The notes under the pieces are model-generated. The model saw only the letters and a list, made by a program, of their open reading frames with translations. It searched no databases and had not been told where the DNA came from. A stretch of DNA of 64,000 nucleotides from Tubulanus polymorphus (taxonomy: Eukaryota > Animalia > Nemertea): contig NC_134035.1 in assembly GCF_964204645.1 (NCBI RefSeq), forward strand, positions 4,216,001-4,280,000. Direction: 5' to 3'. Positions 12,951-26,275 of the stretch are shown piece after piece; position 1 is the stretch's first letter; each line of letters starts with the position of its first letter. Both the position numbers and the translations under genes were made by a program.

Positions 12951-14403
12951 TGCATTTAGCATATATAGGTATGATGAATTTATCATAAAGGCCACTTCGA
13001 GTCAATTTCCGATTTTCCGGACTGCGTTTTGAAGGTCGATATCTCGGCCTCCTCTTAAGGAAATGAGCTTTAGAATTCTTTGATATTTTTCTAGGCCTAT
13101 CTTTTAAAAACGAATCTTTGAACGGAAGAGACATTATAATGTCCGTTCAAGTTTATCACCCGTAATACATTATTTCCCCATTCAATTTTTTCATCGTGTT
13201 TTCTCGCTTTACCTTGTAGGGCCGTTTTCATTTCTTTCAAGCTAACTGTCGCTTCTTCACTTCACTATATTATCCCGTTTTTTAATCATATTTTTCGTTG
13301 AAAGAAAGTATTCGAAAATATAATCGGAATCACATTTGCAACACGTGTCAATTTTGACAAACTATAGGGATTAGACAAACCGGTAAGATCGTTTTAAAGG
13401 AGTACGCTTAATTTTGGGATCGTTCGTGCTTCGGGCGAACTTGCTTTACCATTCACAATAAGGTCATTTATACTGATTAAGATACGTTTAAAACTGAGTA
13501 AAATATTCCTAATATTTTAGGCAATATTTTAATCGATTTGTAAATTAACGGTTTGATTTGTAAATTCTATAGCCCTATATGATTGAAAACCGCGAAGTAA
13601 ATTACTATCTTTCTTCGATATATAGTCATTCCCATGTTGCATTATCATTTAAATTTTCGCACAAAGCTTCCCCTTGAATTTATCGAAAACTAACCCGTGT
13701 TATTCTGTTCCCTGATTTCATTTTTGTTTGATTATGCGATACCGTGAAAAACGGGTGACGTTAGTCTCCGAAAATAGCGGCGCGTCACTCACCGATTTTC
13801 GCTCATTAGCTTAAATTGAACCCGCGCGCGGATGACCCGCAGGCTTTCACTGAAAAACCCCTACTTACGCGTAAGGTTTTCTAAATGCTTCGATTTCGTA
13901 TACTATTGCGTTCTCATTGGTTCGATAGATAATGAGCCGTTCGAAATTATTTACCGAAACACGCCTCGCGCTGACTGTTCAATCAATTCAATTCAATATT
14001 CATTGACACTATATTAGAATTAGAAATTGCAGCAATACGTCAACAAAGAGGGGGTATAGTATCGGACAAAAATAGACAAGATATAAAAAGAGTGAGAACA
14101 GATTACGCCGACATTGGATTCGCGCTCAGTCAGTGTCACAGTCGTTTCTATCGAAGCCACCGAGCTAGGCGGCGATATCTGCATTGCCGGTTTCCGAGGA
14201 ATCTGTTTATAGTTCTGATCAGTATGCCAGACGATATCGTTTCTTTAGACATATATATGAACTGCGAGCCTGAATAGCCGTATTTTCAATGGTTCGATAT
14301 CCTTCGCGACATTTTTGCGATTTGAAATTATTTCGTACATTCATTTTCGTCAACGATATTCAAATTCTAACCCGGAACTGCGGAGCAGGCTCCCGTAGAG
14401 CAG

Positions 14404-14511
14404 GATCCGGTTCCACAGTTGTGAGTTAGAGTTAACTCTGAGTTGATATCAGTTCATTTTCGATGTTTTTAGCTCTAGAGTCAAAACTTAACTCCCAAGT
14501 GGAACTGGGTC
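14404..14511. mobile_element. MITE, PIF/Harbinger-like (family A)
   Basis: CAG|GATCCGGTTCCAC...GTGGAACTGGGTC|CAG, a 3-bp TSD. Confidence 0.8.
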
Positions 14512-15035
14512 CAGGTGTATAGATTGCTCTTAATCGCTAGCGTGTTGCAGATCCGTTCTGTAACACACTGGCGATTGAGATTAATCGAATTCGCCAAAAC
14601 GAGAAAAACCATGTAAAATTCTGAATGAACTCGACTCGAACGTACTAATAATACAGCCAGCCAATTCATAAAACAGCCAGGGATTTTTGTCAGTTCCGAT
14701 GGCCTTGAGTGTTACAGATTTTGCGAGGTAAAACGATCGTAGTTACATAAAAAAGCGTGTGATCATCATTATCATCATCACCAGCAGCAGCAGCAGAACC
14801 GGACACGACGTCATCGTCGCGGATACGGCGGTCACTAATTCAGTTTACCCCGCGGCTCGCCCGATCGTCGTGCCTCGATCATCGTGATGCCTTTGATGTA
14901 GGTTTCCGACGCTTAATGACTGCGGCAATGATAGCCGCGGTGGCTGCCGCTGCTGCTGCCGATACGCCTCGCAAATCCCGTCGCGTTTGGGCAAAACCTT
15001 ATTACAATGATCGACGCAGTATTCACACTTTTACC

Positions 15036-15236
15036 AGGGCGAACTTCGGATTTCGTAATCGCGACTAGTGGTCGGAGCTAATGACCGATCGCGCTATAGT
15101 TCGGTTGTGACGTATTGCGCAATGTCGGCCATCTCAGAACTAGGTCCAATTGCGTGGGTGACTTCCGTTTCGACTAACTGACATTCTGTTTCATCTAGTT
15201 TGCAGTCCACTAAATCCGACAACCGAAGTTCGCCTG
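15036..15236. mobile_element. MITE with GGCGAACTTCGG termini
   Basis: cagggcgaacttcgg...ccgaagttcgcctg. The internal part matches 34560-34770 in reverse orientation. Confidence 0.65.
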
Positions 15237-15381
15237 AATGGTCCGGTCTCAGCCGAGGCGGTCAGGCCATTTGACGGAGAGGTTTCGTTGCGCGATCGGG
15301 TCTTCCAAATTTACGAGGTATGGGCTTCAAAGGGATATTGCTAGTAAGTTTGCCCTAAGAAAGAATTAAAGTGCTAATATC

Positions 15382-15460
15382 TATTCGACGTTTCGACTGT
15401 ATCCTTCTTCAGGAATACTAGCGAAGATGACTGCAGGATAAAGTAAAAACGTTGAATGAA
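15382..15460. ncRNA. Two decayed hammerhead motifs in inverted arrangement
   Basis: Minus-strand 15417-15382 reads TATTC-CTGAAGA-aggatacagtc-GAAA-CGTC-GAATA with stem II partly deleted. The adjacent plus-strand copy reads cgaagatgact...agtaaaaacgttgaat. Confidence 0.5.
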
Positions 15461-15686
15461 TTATTAGCTCTAGGAAACGTCTCGGATTTTTACTTCTTAG
15501 AGTCGGATCATCTTAACAATAGGGATATAGCGTTTCATCAATGGTTGAGTTATTGTCCGGAATGCCAGATCTTACATATACCATGGACGTATAAACTAGC
15601 CACGAATTACGTACTCATTCAGAAATTTACTCAATGAACCTCTTCTGCCCTGTATATATACCACTCTTTTTTGTTATAATCTCACG

Positions 15687-15830
15687 TCTGGCGATGATCT
15701 CTAGGGTGAGATCGAAACTTTGTGTCTTTTTGATAATTTTTTGAATAGATTCTCGATTTTTAACTTTTAATCTGTAGATATTGGATTTGTATCTTATTAT
15801 CAGTTCTCAACGTTTGAGTGTGGTTATTCT
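15687..15830 (+). mobile_element. Penelope-like terminal-repeat fragment with mutated hammerhead
   Basis: CTGGCGA-T-GATCTC-tagggt-GAGATC-GAAA-CTTT. Same family as 57767-57890. Near-identical inverted copy at 24150-24293. Confidence 0.7.
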
Positions 15831-17237
15831 AGTTTATACGTCCATGCATATACACACATCGCGTGACTGTAACAATCATTTTATTATTATTAGTTTATTA
15901 CGTCAAAAAAAACTAATTTCTAAGATACAACACAATCACATAATACTGTATGGCGGATACACGAAGATGATTCAAGTATATAAATACATTAAACACGAAC
16001 GGAATTTGAAACCATTTCCACATAGATATATGTATCAATAGTATATTTCGATATATTTTGCAATAAAGAGCGGGTCAACACTATATAATTTCCCAAATGT
16101 TCAAATTCCGTATATACCATATTTCTTTTCAAAGGTGATAACATGTAATGCGATAGCGTTCGGAATGGTTTATAGGTGAACGCAAAACATACCCTTACGG
16201 CTCGGGCCACTGACGCGGACGCTTCGTATTTCGTAACACGAAGAATCGAACACGATACGTCGTGTCCACGACACACACCGGGACAAATAGAACGGTGGCG
16301 ACATTTATGTAACTTGAGGCATATATCTGTAACCCGAATCAGCGTGTCCGACCGGTTGTCAATACGTGACGGGAATTCTCGGACGACACTATCTATCCGG
16401 CGTTGAAACGCGACAAGCCGTAGAGATGACGAAGAGATTCCAAACGATAAAAAACATCATATTCTTAATTACCCGGATATTCAACAGGCTAATACGGACG
16501 AATAATACTCGTATTTTGGAAAAAGCTATAGGAGCTATCCCGGGTCAGCTTTTCAGTCAGAGACTAAACTTAATACTACTTATCTATATACTTAACATAA
16601 TATTGTGCACTCATCATTTTTCTTCGTAAATTTCGCTTGTTATTGTACCACTGATGATTGCCATAACAATATTGCGAGCTTGGGTTTGGGCAATCATGTA
16701 AAGTTAAGTTCAGGTAATCAATGGTCTGATATAATCATCAATTATTATCAATTACAACTTTTTCTATGTGCGTAACGTGTCTCGTAAGCCTCTAGGAGGC
16801 TAGCTTCATAAAAAGGTGACTCTTAAATGAAGAACAAGTATAATGATGTCAAAATCGAGCGCAAAAGATTTGAGAATTATTTGAATTTGAAATGAACGAG
16901 TGTTTATGAAAGATGGAACCCTGAAAATAGAAGCGAATAGAATGGAATTTTATTTTCATTAAACTGTTTGTGGAAATTAATACGTAGATATGACGTTGAG
17001 GTAGAAAGATGTGTTAAACGATACGACGGCTACGCGGGGACATTGGGTTTATGTTTTAGATATTATCCCTCAAAATAGAATAGAATCGAAATCTATTTTA
17101 TTACGGTGTAACATTATTGGGCTTTGTTACGTAGAAATAAGAAGAAAATGTAACACGATAATTTATCTGTCCCGTGAGATCAATAATACGTGACACTTCA
17201 CACTTCGAATTATTGAGTTAGATCAGGTTGACACGTA

Positions 17238-20200
17238 TAACACGTTCCCAAATGTTTTGATACTTTCTCAGTTTGTATCAAAAATATTGCCAATTTCTGG
17301 TCATTGAGTCCTGAAAAATGATAAATTTACAGCGCAAAATCGTACAAACGTGTCAATTATACTTCTAAACACTTTATTTGCGGACCAGTTTATGAATTGA
17401 GCGTGGGCCATAGAGCGCTATATCCGCCTGTGATCTCGACTTTCAATTTATTACGTAAGCTATTCGTGAACAAAATGCGGCCGGCGCACAATAGAAACTT
17501 CGCTCTATGTATTCTTTCATTACCGCCGACAAAGAGGACCGATATTTCGCAAATTGGATTCGGGAGGTTTAAACCTCCCAAGGTCAAATCACTAAAATTG
17601 TGACCTTCGTGGAGATTATCTAAAAAGCCGATGGTAATCAAATTTAGCAGAACTTTTTACCCAAACGTTTAATGGTTTGAAAATCTTTCAATGGCATTCC
17701 TAAGTATTTGATGAAAGTTGAGAAATCATAAGATATTCATATAACCATGGACTCTAAAACCTAAATCGTTTAAGAGTCCCTGGTATAAAAAAAAAACTTT
17801 GCATAACGAAGAAGCAAAAATTCGAATCTGATTCATCTGTTTGGAATTGATTCTTATGAAATGGAAACAAATGCGTGAGCACTACTCATTGATTCGTTCA
17901 TTATTGTACAATATGTTTCATTTGTTGACCGTAAGACGTTGACATTATGTCAATTTCATTCAATTTACTTTGCGGCTTTACAACGGCTATTTCACTGGTT
18001 CTGCGTGATGAGATAATTCTGATTAAAGTTATTGTATTAATTTCTATATGTATATACGTAATGATACTCTTTCTGAATAAAGGATGCACGTTATTCGAAT
18101 CCCCACCATTGTTCTCTACAATGTACGTTAATCAAACTCACGATAAAACCAGAGCCAAAACCATGGACTCAAAAACGAAGAATCCGTGGTCAAACATACA
18201 ATTCTAATTTCCCCGTTAGTTCACTGATGCCGTCAGTTTCTATCGAATGCAAGGATTCTAGCCAATCAGAGAGGCGCATGCAAACATCCATTGGCATGTT
18301 AGTTATAGTACAACTTAGACAATTATCAAGGTGCGAGCCAATGTCAGTAACTAGAATATGTTCTTTCATCAAATATAAATAACTCAGCAGTAGTCAGTTA
18401 GTTGAGTTTGTTTGACTTGTTTTGTACTTCATCAATAAATCTATTTCATTCTATTTTAAAGTACAAACTAAACGCTTGAATTGCTTATAACACGACCAGG
18501 TATGAATTAGAATAGATTGGCTTAATATTTCGAATGCAAATTTGGCGATTAAGCAATCGGAAATTCGAAGTGCTTGAGAAATTTTTCAATACGCCCATTA
18601 CTTCGAATAGCGATAAGTTCATTGACACATGTGACCATTGTTTTGTTACTTTCTATAGCGATTCGAATAAGCTATGCGACAGCTAACGACAGCACAATCG
18701 CAATATCAACAGAAGTTCATTTTATCCTACATGATGAGGCTAAATTCAGTGAAATCGATCGTGTTCTGAAATATATATTTTCCTGGATACATTTTGTTTA
18801 TTGTAGCTATTCTTTGCGGTTTATACATTAACCTGCTATAACATATTGACCGTTTTCAAGAACCCAAAAATTACAATTTTCTGGGAATCTGTTTTTTCCA
18901 AAAACAACCCAAACCCGAAATTGTGTACAGTTAGTACGCAGCGTATATAATGTCGGATTAGAGAATATTGAAAAAACTTAGAAAAAGTTCAGTGAAGGAA
19001 AATAAGCTCAGCAGTGACAAATTGTCATTTCATCTCCTTCACGTGATTAATTGATGTCCAAATATGTTCTACCGTGAAAACTCTGCATTTAGCGTCAAAC
19101 GAATTTTTGTATACGTATCTCAGGATGCATGCTCTTCAAAAAGGTAGCCTATTAGGAAAAAACTTATCCGGTAAAATCCTAATTTGTCCTAAACGATATT
19201 CCAACTATTATTTTGTTAATTATTCAACTATCATCACTAACTGGGTAAGTTAGTTGAACTTACATAAAGATATATCATTAGGGACACTTCAATTTCACAC
19301 CATTCAATATCATAAGGGAACAAAATTCTTTGAAACTTGGTTAATGGTAGTTCTTAAGACTAGGTTTTGTTTCCGGAATTTACTAAATGTACCAATTCTA
19401 ATAATTCACTCATTGAAGCTTCTATACATCAGAAGCGAAAGCTCGTGCGTCGAAATAAATAGTTAACCTTTAAATATAAGTCTTTATTGATTCTTTTTTT
19501 GTTGGAATATGCATAACTTTTTCTGGGCAAATTTCTATATTCTGTCAAGTCATGGACGTTTTAGAGTCCATGGTCAAGGTATTTTGGCTATAACGAATAT
19601 AACTAACTCCCTGGGGCAACGATGTGGCTGATGAAATGATCTCTCCCATTGTAATCCCACCATTTAATTACTCATTGTATAACAACTCTCACAATTAAGC
19701 CTCGGACTCTTCAACGAATTATGAGTGCATGCTTTAGTATAGGCTCTGATATAGAGCATATTGTCTTTATTTAGAACATGTATGCATAAACTCTAGGCTG
19801 CAAAGAAATACGTATTCAGCGGCTCTAATCGAGTTAAATCTTTCGTGATAGATTAACACAGAAAGGCGGCACCCAATCGCTGCTTATTGACATTAGGCAC
19901 AAGTCACTGTTATGTTCATTAGTAAAACTAATATAGAATTACAAGTGAGGAGGGAAAATGTATAAATTGAATTTATAAATGAATTTATAAGAATTTAGCA
20001 TGCATCGGAGTGCACTTAAATTGGATTATTACAAAATAACTCACTTCAAAATTTATGATATTGTTTCATTGATATTTATTACTTTAAAGCGATTCACTTT
20101 AAGAACTTTGGTCAACAATAAGTCTGACCTGCAAATCAAATCATCGGGAGACAAAATACTGTTTCAAAAAATCATATTGCTAATACATTCCTAATCTTAA

Positions 20201-23200
20201 CCTTTCGCCATAAACCTACTGGATTTAGGGCCTGGGGTAAAATCTAGGTAAAATCCTCACTTGGCGATTTTTCAAGAACATTTGAAAGCACGATATTTAT
20301 TCAAACATATTCATCCACAATACAACTGCAATATATTTAACTGTGCATTGATCTCTTTTGATGAAATAAATCTTTAAATAAATTCATAGAATAAATGAAA
20401 TTAATGAACTTTTTATTCATACTATCTTTTCATATTCTTATTCATACTATATTTTAATTCGAACTAAATAACTCTTTTTAACTTGTGGTATAGTATGCTT
20501 ATGATATGGATTCGATTTACGTATCAATATTTTCATGTTGACGGGGGCCTGATGATGGCTAATAGCATTAGCCGAAACATTGCTCGTAGAACATTTGATT
20601 TTTAGCTGAATTCATTGTGGGATTTGTCTCGTTATTCACCATACACGGATATTGTGTATTTTCTTCTCATTTTCATGTTGGTTTTGAACAACTTAAATTT
20701 TGCGATTCTAATCCCTTATTAACTTTAGATGACAGTAATACCTTCAATTTACATGTAAAATATGATCACTGCTGAAAGTGTAATAAGGAATATATATTTA
20801 CTCCAGTGACAATATATTGATTCAAAGATTTAATTCAATCATCTAGTCCGAGTCTGTATGGTAAAACCTCTGGCTAACCAAGAGCTAACCGAATACCGAC
20901 AATAGAAGGTGGTCGCTTAAAAATTAGTTAATTTACGCAACAGGAATCTATCTTGATTTCAAGGGCACTTCAATTAATCGTTTCAATAGTGACCACTGTA
21001 AATTAGCCAGTAGTTTCAACGACCGAATTCAATCAACCGATTCGTATCCTAAGAATGAGAATTGTATCTAACCACAGTAGTAATTCCTCATCAAACGTTC
21101 GTTCATCATATTATACATCTATACATCATTACTATCATCTTCAGTTAATAGAAGTGCAATAAAATCTTGAATCTATGAGTTGAGTTTTTTTGAACATAAT
21201 AAATTGTGTTGATTTTATGTTAGTTAAATCAAATATTGGGAATATTTTACCGGGGGATTTTTACTTTGGGGATAATAAGCTAAATTATTTTATATCATCG
21301 GTTTTCATTAAGAAAAAAAAACAACTATTAATCTTAACTACACTTATATTCCTTTTGGAACATTAAGATTCTTTCATTGAATTTAATATGTTATTTCGTA
21401 CATAGTTCATCACAGTGCGTCATTCACGCTTAAATGTACAAAACTTCTTTACAGAGTTCAAAATATAAACCAACAATCTCATCTCAAGCATGTACTAGCG
21501 CTGACGCTATGGGATAAAACCAAGTCTCGATTCATTGCCTAAAATGTGGGTACATTCATTCAAATCAGGACTAAAATACGCTTATATGAATATCTTGCAT
21601 GATATCATTTTACATTACGGGTGTCTCATAGGCCTGGTTTTACTTGTACATTGTCATCAATTGATTAAACATCCCAAGTAACTTCTTTATTTACTTATGG
21701 CTTAATCACTGGTATTCAATAGCTAGTCGGCTATAGAAAGACTAACCCGATAAAATTCTATTAACCGTTCGTCCAGAGTCGAACACTCGCGCGTTAATTC
21801 GCAACGATTTTAAAGAAAGAAAATGATTGCATGAAATCTACTTTTCGTATCAATCGGCGTCCAATCTCTTAAACCATCCTAAACACAGTAGTGTAGTAGT
21901 TTGTGTCTATTTGCATTTGCTGATGTCATTTAACATAACAATGGAAATGTATTCGTTTATTTGGAAATTATATGAAGATATGGAGTAATCATGTGACAAA
22001 TCAAATTGTTACTGCAAGGCAAAACATAGCGCACTTCAGATATATGATATGGCCTTAAAGACTTTTCATATATTAACAGTCCAGTTTAACGTCTATTGAT
22101 ATGAATGGTCCAGTTTTGATATGACTGTCGCAACAGTTGGAATAAAACCTATGAAATCTAGGGGCATTTATCTCATGAAATTTAGATTTGAGATAATTGT
22201 ATTGTATTGTATGAGGATTAAACATTTCAATGGCTGGTGATTATTTGTGATGAAGTAATCAGTGAGATGGACTGTGATTGAGGCACTCGGGTCAGATAAT
22301 ATTTTTAGATAAAACAGTGCATTTGTTAAAGCAGAACACATGATTTTAAACTATATATAAGTAGCTAAACCGTTAATTTTCATTCCTAACTTTTCATCAC
22401 TCCCGATTATCAAAAATAATTCAACAGTTTGATTAACGGATAGTTGCAGTTAAAAACATTTCTATCTGATAGAGAAGGTATACAGGTATACAGAGGAACA
22501 AGAAAAGAACATCCAACTAGACACTGAAAAATCTTTATTCGGGTTTTTTACCTGGGGCCTTTACCTTGGGGTATATTTAACAAGGGGATTTTTACTGAAA
22601 GGGACCTTTACGGGGCGAGTTTTTACCCGATCACATCGATTATTGAATGACATGTCAAAATCATGACAAAAACTGGTATCACTGGACGTACAATTTGCTA
22701 ATTTTCGCTGTTCGGGTGGTTCTGTAGACTATTGGCTATACCGTTGGTAACTGACTAGCTATTTGTATCACTGATCGGACTGTGAAAATATAGCTTTGAC
22801 AAAACCACAACGAGAAATGAATCAAATGCAATATTTTACTCGAAAACGAGCTTAACCACGGAATCAGTAACGTTTTTTTACAGTGCATGGCTGAAATGAC
22901 GCTATTGAAAAAATCAATGAGAAATACTGCCTCCGATTTTTATGACGAAAATATAGGAATGAATTCTGAACAGAATCAAATCAGGTTGTTCTTATTGGTA
23001 TTGTGTATACATTTCATTTATTAGATATTTCACGTAATTCGTGTAATTAGGAAAAACTCGATCCAATAATTGGTTTTTCTTTCGGTTTTACGTAATTTAC
23101 AACTTACCAAATATGGACTACATGGTTTGACATTAAAACCAGCGAGCATTATGGTATCAAGTTCAATCAAAATTGATAACGATCGGCCTTTCGTAGAATC

Positions 23201-23578
23201 TCCCTGAAGGTCACAATTTTAGTAAATTGACCTTGGGAGGTTTAAACCTCCCGAATCCAATTAGCAAAATATCGGTCCTCTATGTCGGCGACAATAAAAG
23301 TACCCTGCGCGTAACTTTCTATTGTGCGCCTGCCGCGTTTTGGGCACGAGTAGCTTACGTAATCTTAATTGAAAGTTGAGATCACAGGCAGATATTGAGG
23401 TCTATGGCCCACACATAACATCATAAATTGGTCAGGAAATAAAGTGTTTTGAGGTATAGATGACACGTTTGTACGATTTTACACTGTAAATTTATCATTT
23501 TTCAGGACTTAAGGACCAAAAATCGGCAATATTTTTGATACAAACTGAGAAAGTATCAAAACATTTGAGAACGCGTTG
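17238..23578. mobile_element. ~6.3 kb decayed DNA transposon with ~410 bp terminal inverted repeats, flanked by TA
   Basis: 17238-~17645 is the reverse complement of ~23170-23578 with moderate divergence (TA|TAACACGTTCCCAAATGTTTTGATAC versus GTATCAAAACATTTGAGAACGCGTTG|TA). No intact transposase ORF. TA flanks suggest IS630-Tc1-mariner-like, but the superfamily is unproven. Confidence 0.85.
20545..20585 (+). ncRNA. Hammerhead ribozyme motif, slightly decayed, inside the large TIR element
   Basis: GGGC-CTGATGA-T-GGCTAAT-agc-ATTAGCC-GAAA-CATT-GCTC. Stem III CG appears changed to CA. Confidence 0.7.
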
Positions 23579-24149
23579 TATCTGATTTACGTCCATTTCT
23601 GGTTTAAAAATTCTTCGATTCAAGTATACGCCAATTACTTATGTCATCGTATCCTAGTTTTCTCAAAGGCATCGACTTCAATAAGTTCGATGTTGAGAAA
23701 TGGCGTCATCGCTATGCGCGCTACCGCCGTAGCAGCGTGAGAGGAGGAACCGCTTTAACGGCATCGATAAGACTGTTTGTTTAAGTTGACACCGGTTGCT
23801 ATTCGAACGACGCAAATACATTAATAATGAAATCGTTTTTATGTACAATACGCGATAAAAACCGGGAAACCGAAACTCAAACGTATAGCTACGAATATCC
23901 ACATCTCTCGCGCCGGTTGCGTTTAAAACCTGCTTAATAGATATTCAGATTTCCAACGTTATACGCGCTGAGTCACCCAGTTAGTGTGGTTATTACATTA
24001 TAACATCATCTTTATTTGTGAATGATTTGAAATTAAATATTATAGAAATAAACTAACGGAGTGTATTAGTAGAATAGCCTTTACGGCCTTTTTTTCGAAT
24101 GAATTGATATCAAATATTACAGAAATAAACTAACATAGAGTGTATTAGT

Positions 24150-24293
24150 AGAATAACCACACTCAAACGTGGAGAACTGATGATAAGATACAAATCCAAT
24201 ATCTACAGATTAAAGGTTAAAAATCGAGAATCTATTCAAAAAGTTATCAAAAAGACACAAAGTTTCGATCTCGCCCTAGAGATCATCGCCAGA
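24150..24293 (-). mobile_element. Penelope-like terminal-repeat fragment, inverted copy of 15687-15830
   Basis: 5 mismatches over ~144 bp by manual alignment. Adjacent local duplication 24035-24075 versus 24112-24155. Confidence 0.7.
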
Positions 24294-26005
24294 TGCACCA
24301 GTTAGCTGCACCGCACAAAAAAAAACATTATTTGCACAGATCCCAAAGATTATTGTGTACGGTAAAGTCCAACAGTACAAAGGGGAAAACGAATCGGAAA
24401 GGTTTCCTCGAGCTTCAACGTTTTGACTATATACCCTAATCAACACCGGCAGGGGTAACCAGGAATACTGATTATCAAAAATAACTCATCGATATATACA
24501 TGATATTATGTGCATGACTTGTTTTACCAGACATATTCTAAGTTATCAATTTCTAATTCCTTTGTTTTGTTTTATTCTATTTCATTCTTGTCGTTTACAC
24601 GATCATAACAACTAACAGTATCGATCTAAAATGTTATGATCTGATATGATTTATTTTTCATATGAAATCTCTACAGAATTAATGAATAAACATTAAAGAC
24701 GTAATGATATCGGATGAAGGACTGGTTTGATGCTACAGTTATAGCTTGCGTACAAGAACGCAGCCCTTTGGAAAGAAAGAAAATAAAGTAAGCTTAAAAG
24801 GAAAGAACAAACGACATCAATGAATACCTGACGTTTGGAACTTTCGATGAAAATTTCTTTAACTGTCCCTGGAAATGTCAAGCTGTGGAAAGATTCGAAA
24901 TGTCGATGTCGACTTTATTTGGGTGCATTATGCGAGATGGTCTGAACTCAGGATGCAGTTCCACAGTTGTCAGATAGAATTACAACTCTGAACTCAGGAT
25001 CCTGTTCAAAGTTGTGAGTTTGAAAGCTATTTTGCCTTTTTTTGCGCGGAAATTAAATGAAACACAAGATTCCGAAGAAAGTCGTTCGAATGATTTTATG
25101 GACGCATCGTCAATTAATGTTCGCTAATTCGTTCTAAATTAAGTCGGTAATTAAGACGCGCATCGGTGACACGAGAGAGAGAGAGAAAGCGAGCGGGAGA
25201 GAGGACGAACTTGTCACCTGATGAACTCGGCATTGTAATATAACGGGAAATTAAACCCACAGTAATTTGACACACACCAGTCTCGTGACGTGCGCACCAC
25301 GGCTTCAAAAATCTGCGATCAAAACAGTATATTCAATTATTCTATTTTCGTCCAATGTTGTTGACGACCTTTTGAAACCCGGCGACGATATGAAAAAGAT
25401 TTTTAATGAAATTTTGAAGAATTTGATTTCGAATGACTCTCGTATTAGGCAGAAGTCATCGATCTAGAACGTCAACTGGATTTTCTAGTTATGGTTCGAC
25501 AATGCATGTACTGTGGGTTTTTTTAAAAGTATATCATAATATAAATCAAGACCAATAGGGTTCGTTAAAAAAGAATAAGCAGACATTCCTTGAAAAAAAT
25601 CGAAAGAAAGAAACATATCATAATTGAAAATGATGATATTTTTGCAAAAAAATCCGAATTACATCATTGTATTTCTCGATTGTATGTCGTTCCTAAGATG
25701 CCACCACAAACGAGATAATATCATTCCTTCTTGTATTTTAGCTCACTGATCGTCACCGGATATCGACCGACGACCGCTCGCACCGTCAGGAAGGTAGGCC
25801 CGTATTTTTCATATCTTCGGGACAAAAACTACATCAGCATTTACGTGTTCTTGTCTTTCTTCAATGCGGCCGGCCTACAATAGCTTTACATGACATTTGC
25901 CTGAATCGACCATCCAGTCAACTTCTGTGGGTTTATTTCGAATTTTCGATAGTTGTCGGCTATTCGCAGTCAGGGGTATTCTCGACATTCCGTTCAAACA
26001 ACCGA

Positions 26006-26275
26006 TATAGAGTCGAAATATACCATTTTTTGGTCTAGTCTAGAGTTGAAATATACTATCTTTCTTCAGTTGAAATATACCATTATTGGCCTAGCAAAAT
26101 TGAAATATATCATTGTGTCCTAATCTAGAGTTGATATATACCACTTTTGGTAATGAAATATACCATTTTTGGCTTAATCTATAGAGTTGAAATATACTAT
26201 CTCTGGCCGAATATAGAGTTGAACTATACCATTTTAGTAGTCTAGATTTGAAATATACCACTTTTGGTCTTAGAT
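26006..26275. repeat. Degenerate ~34 bp minisatellite
   Basis: Repeated tagagttgaaatataccattttt(g)gtctagtc with deleted variants. Confidence 0.85.

Noticed and set aside
12462-13134. Overlapping 83-165 aa ORFs
   Set aside because: Artefacts of a stop-free polypurine tract.
21989-22040. CDKSNCYCK as a transposase cysteine-rich (Academ/CXC-like) domain
   Set aside because: Too short and flanked by stops; the other frames are equally plausible.
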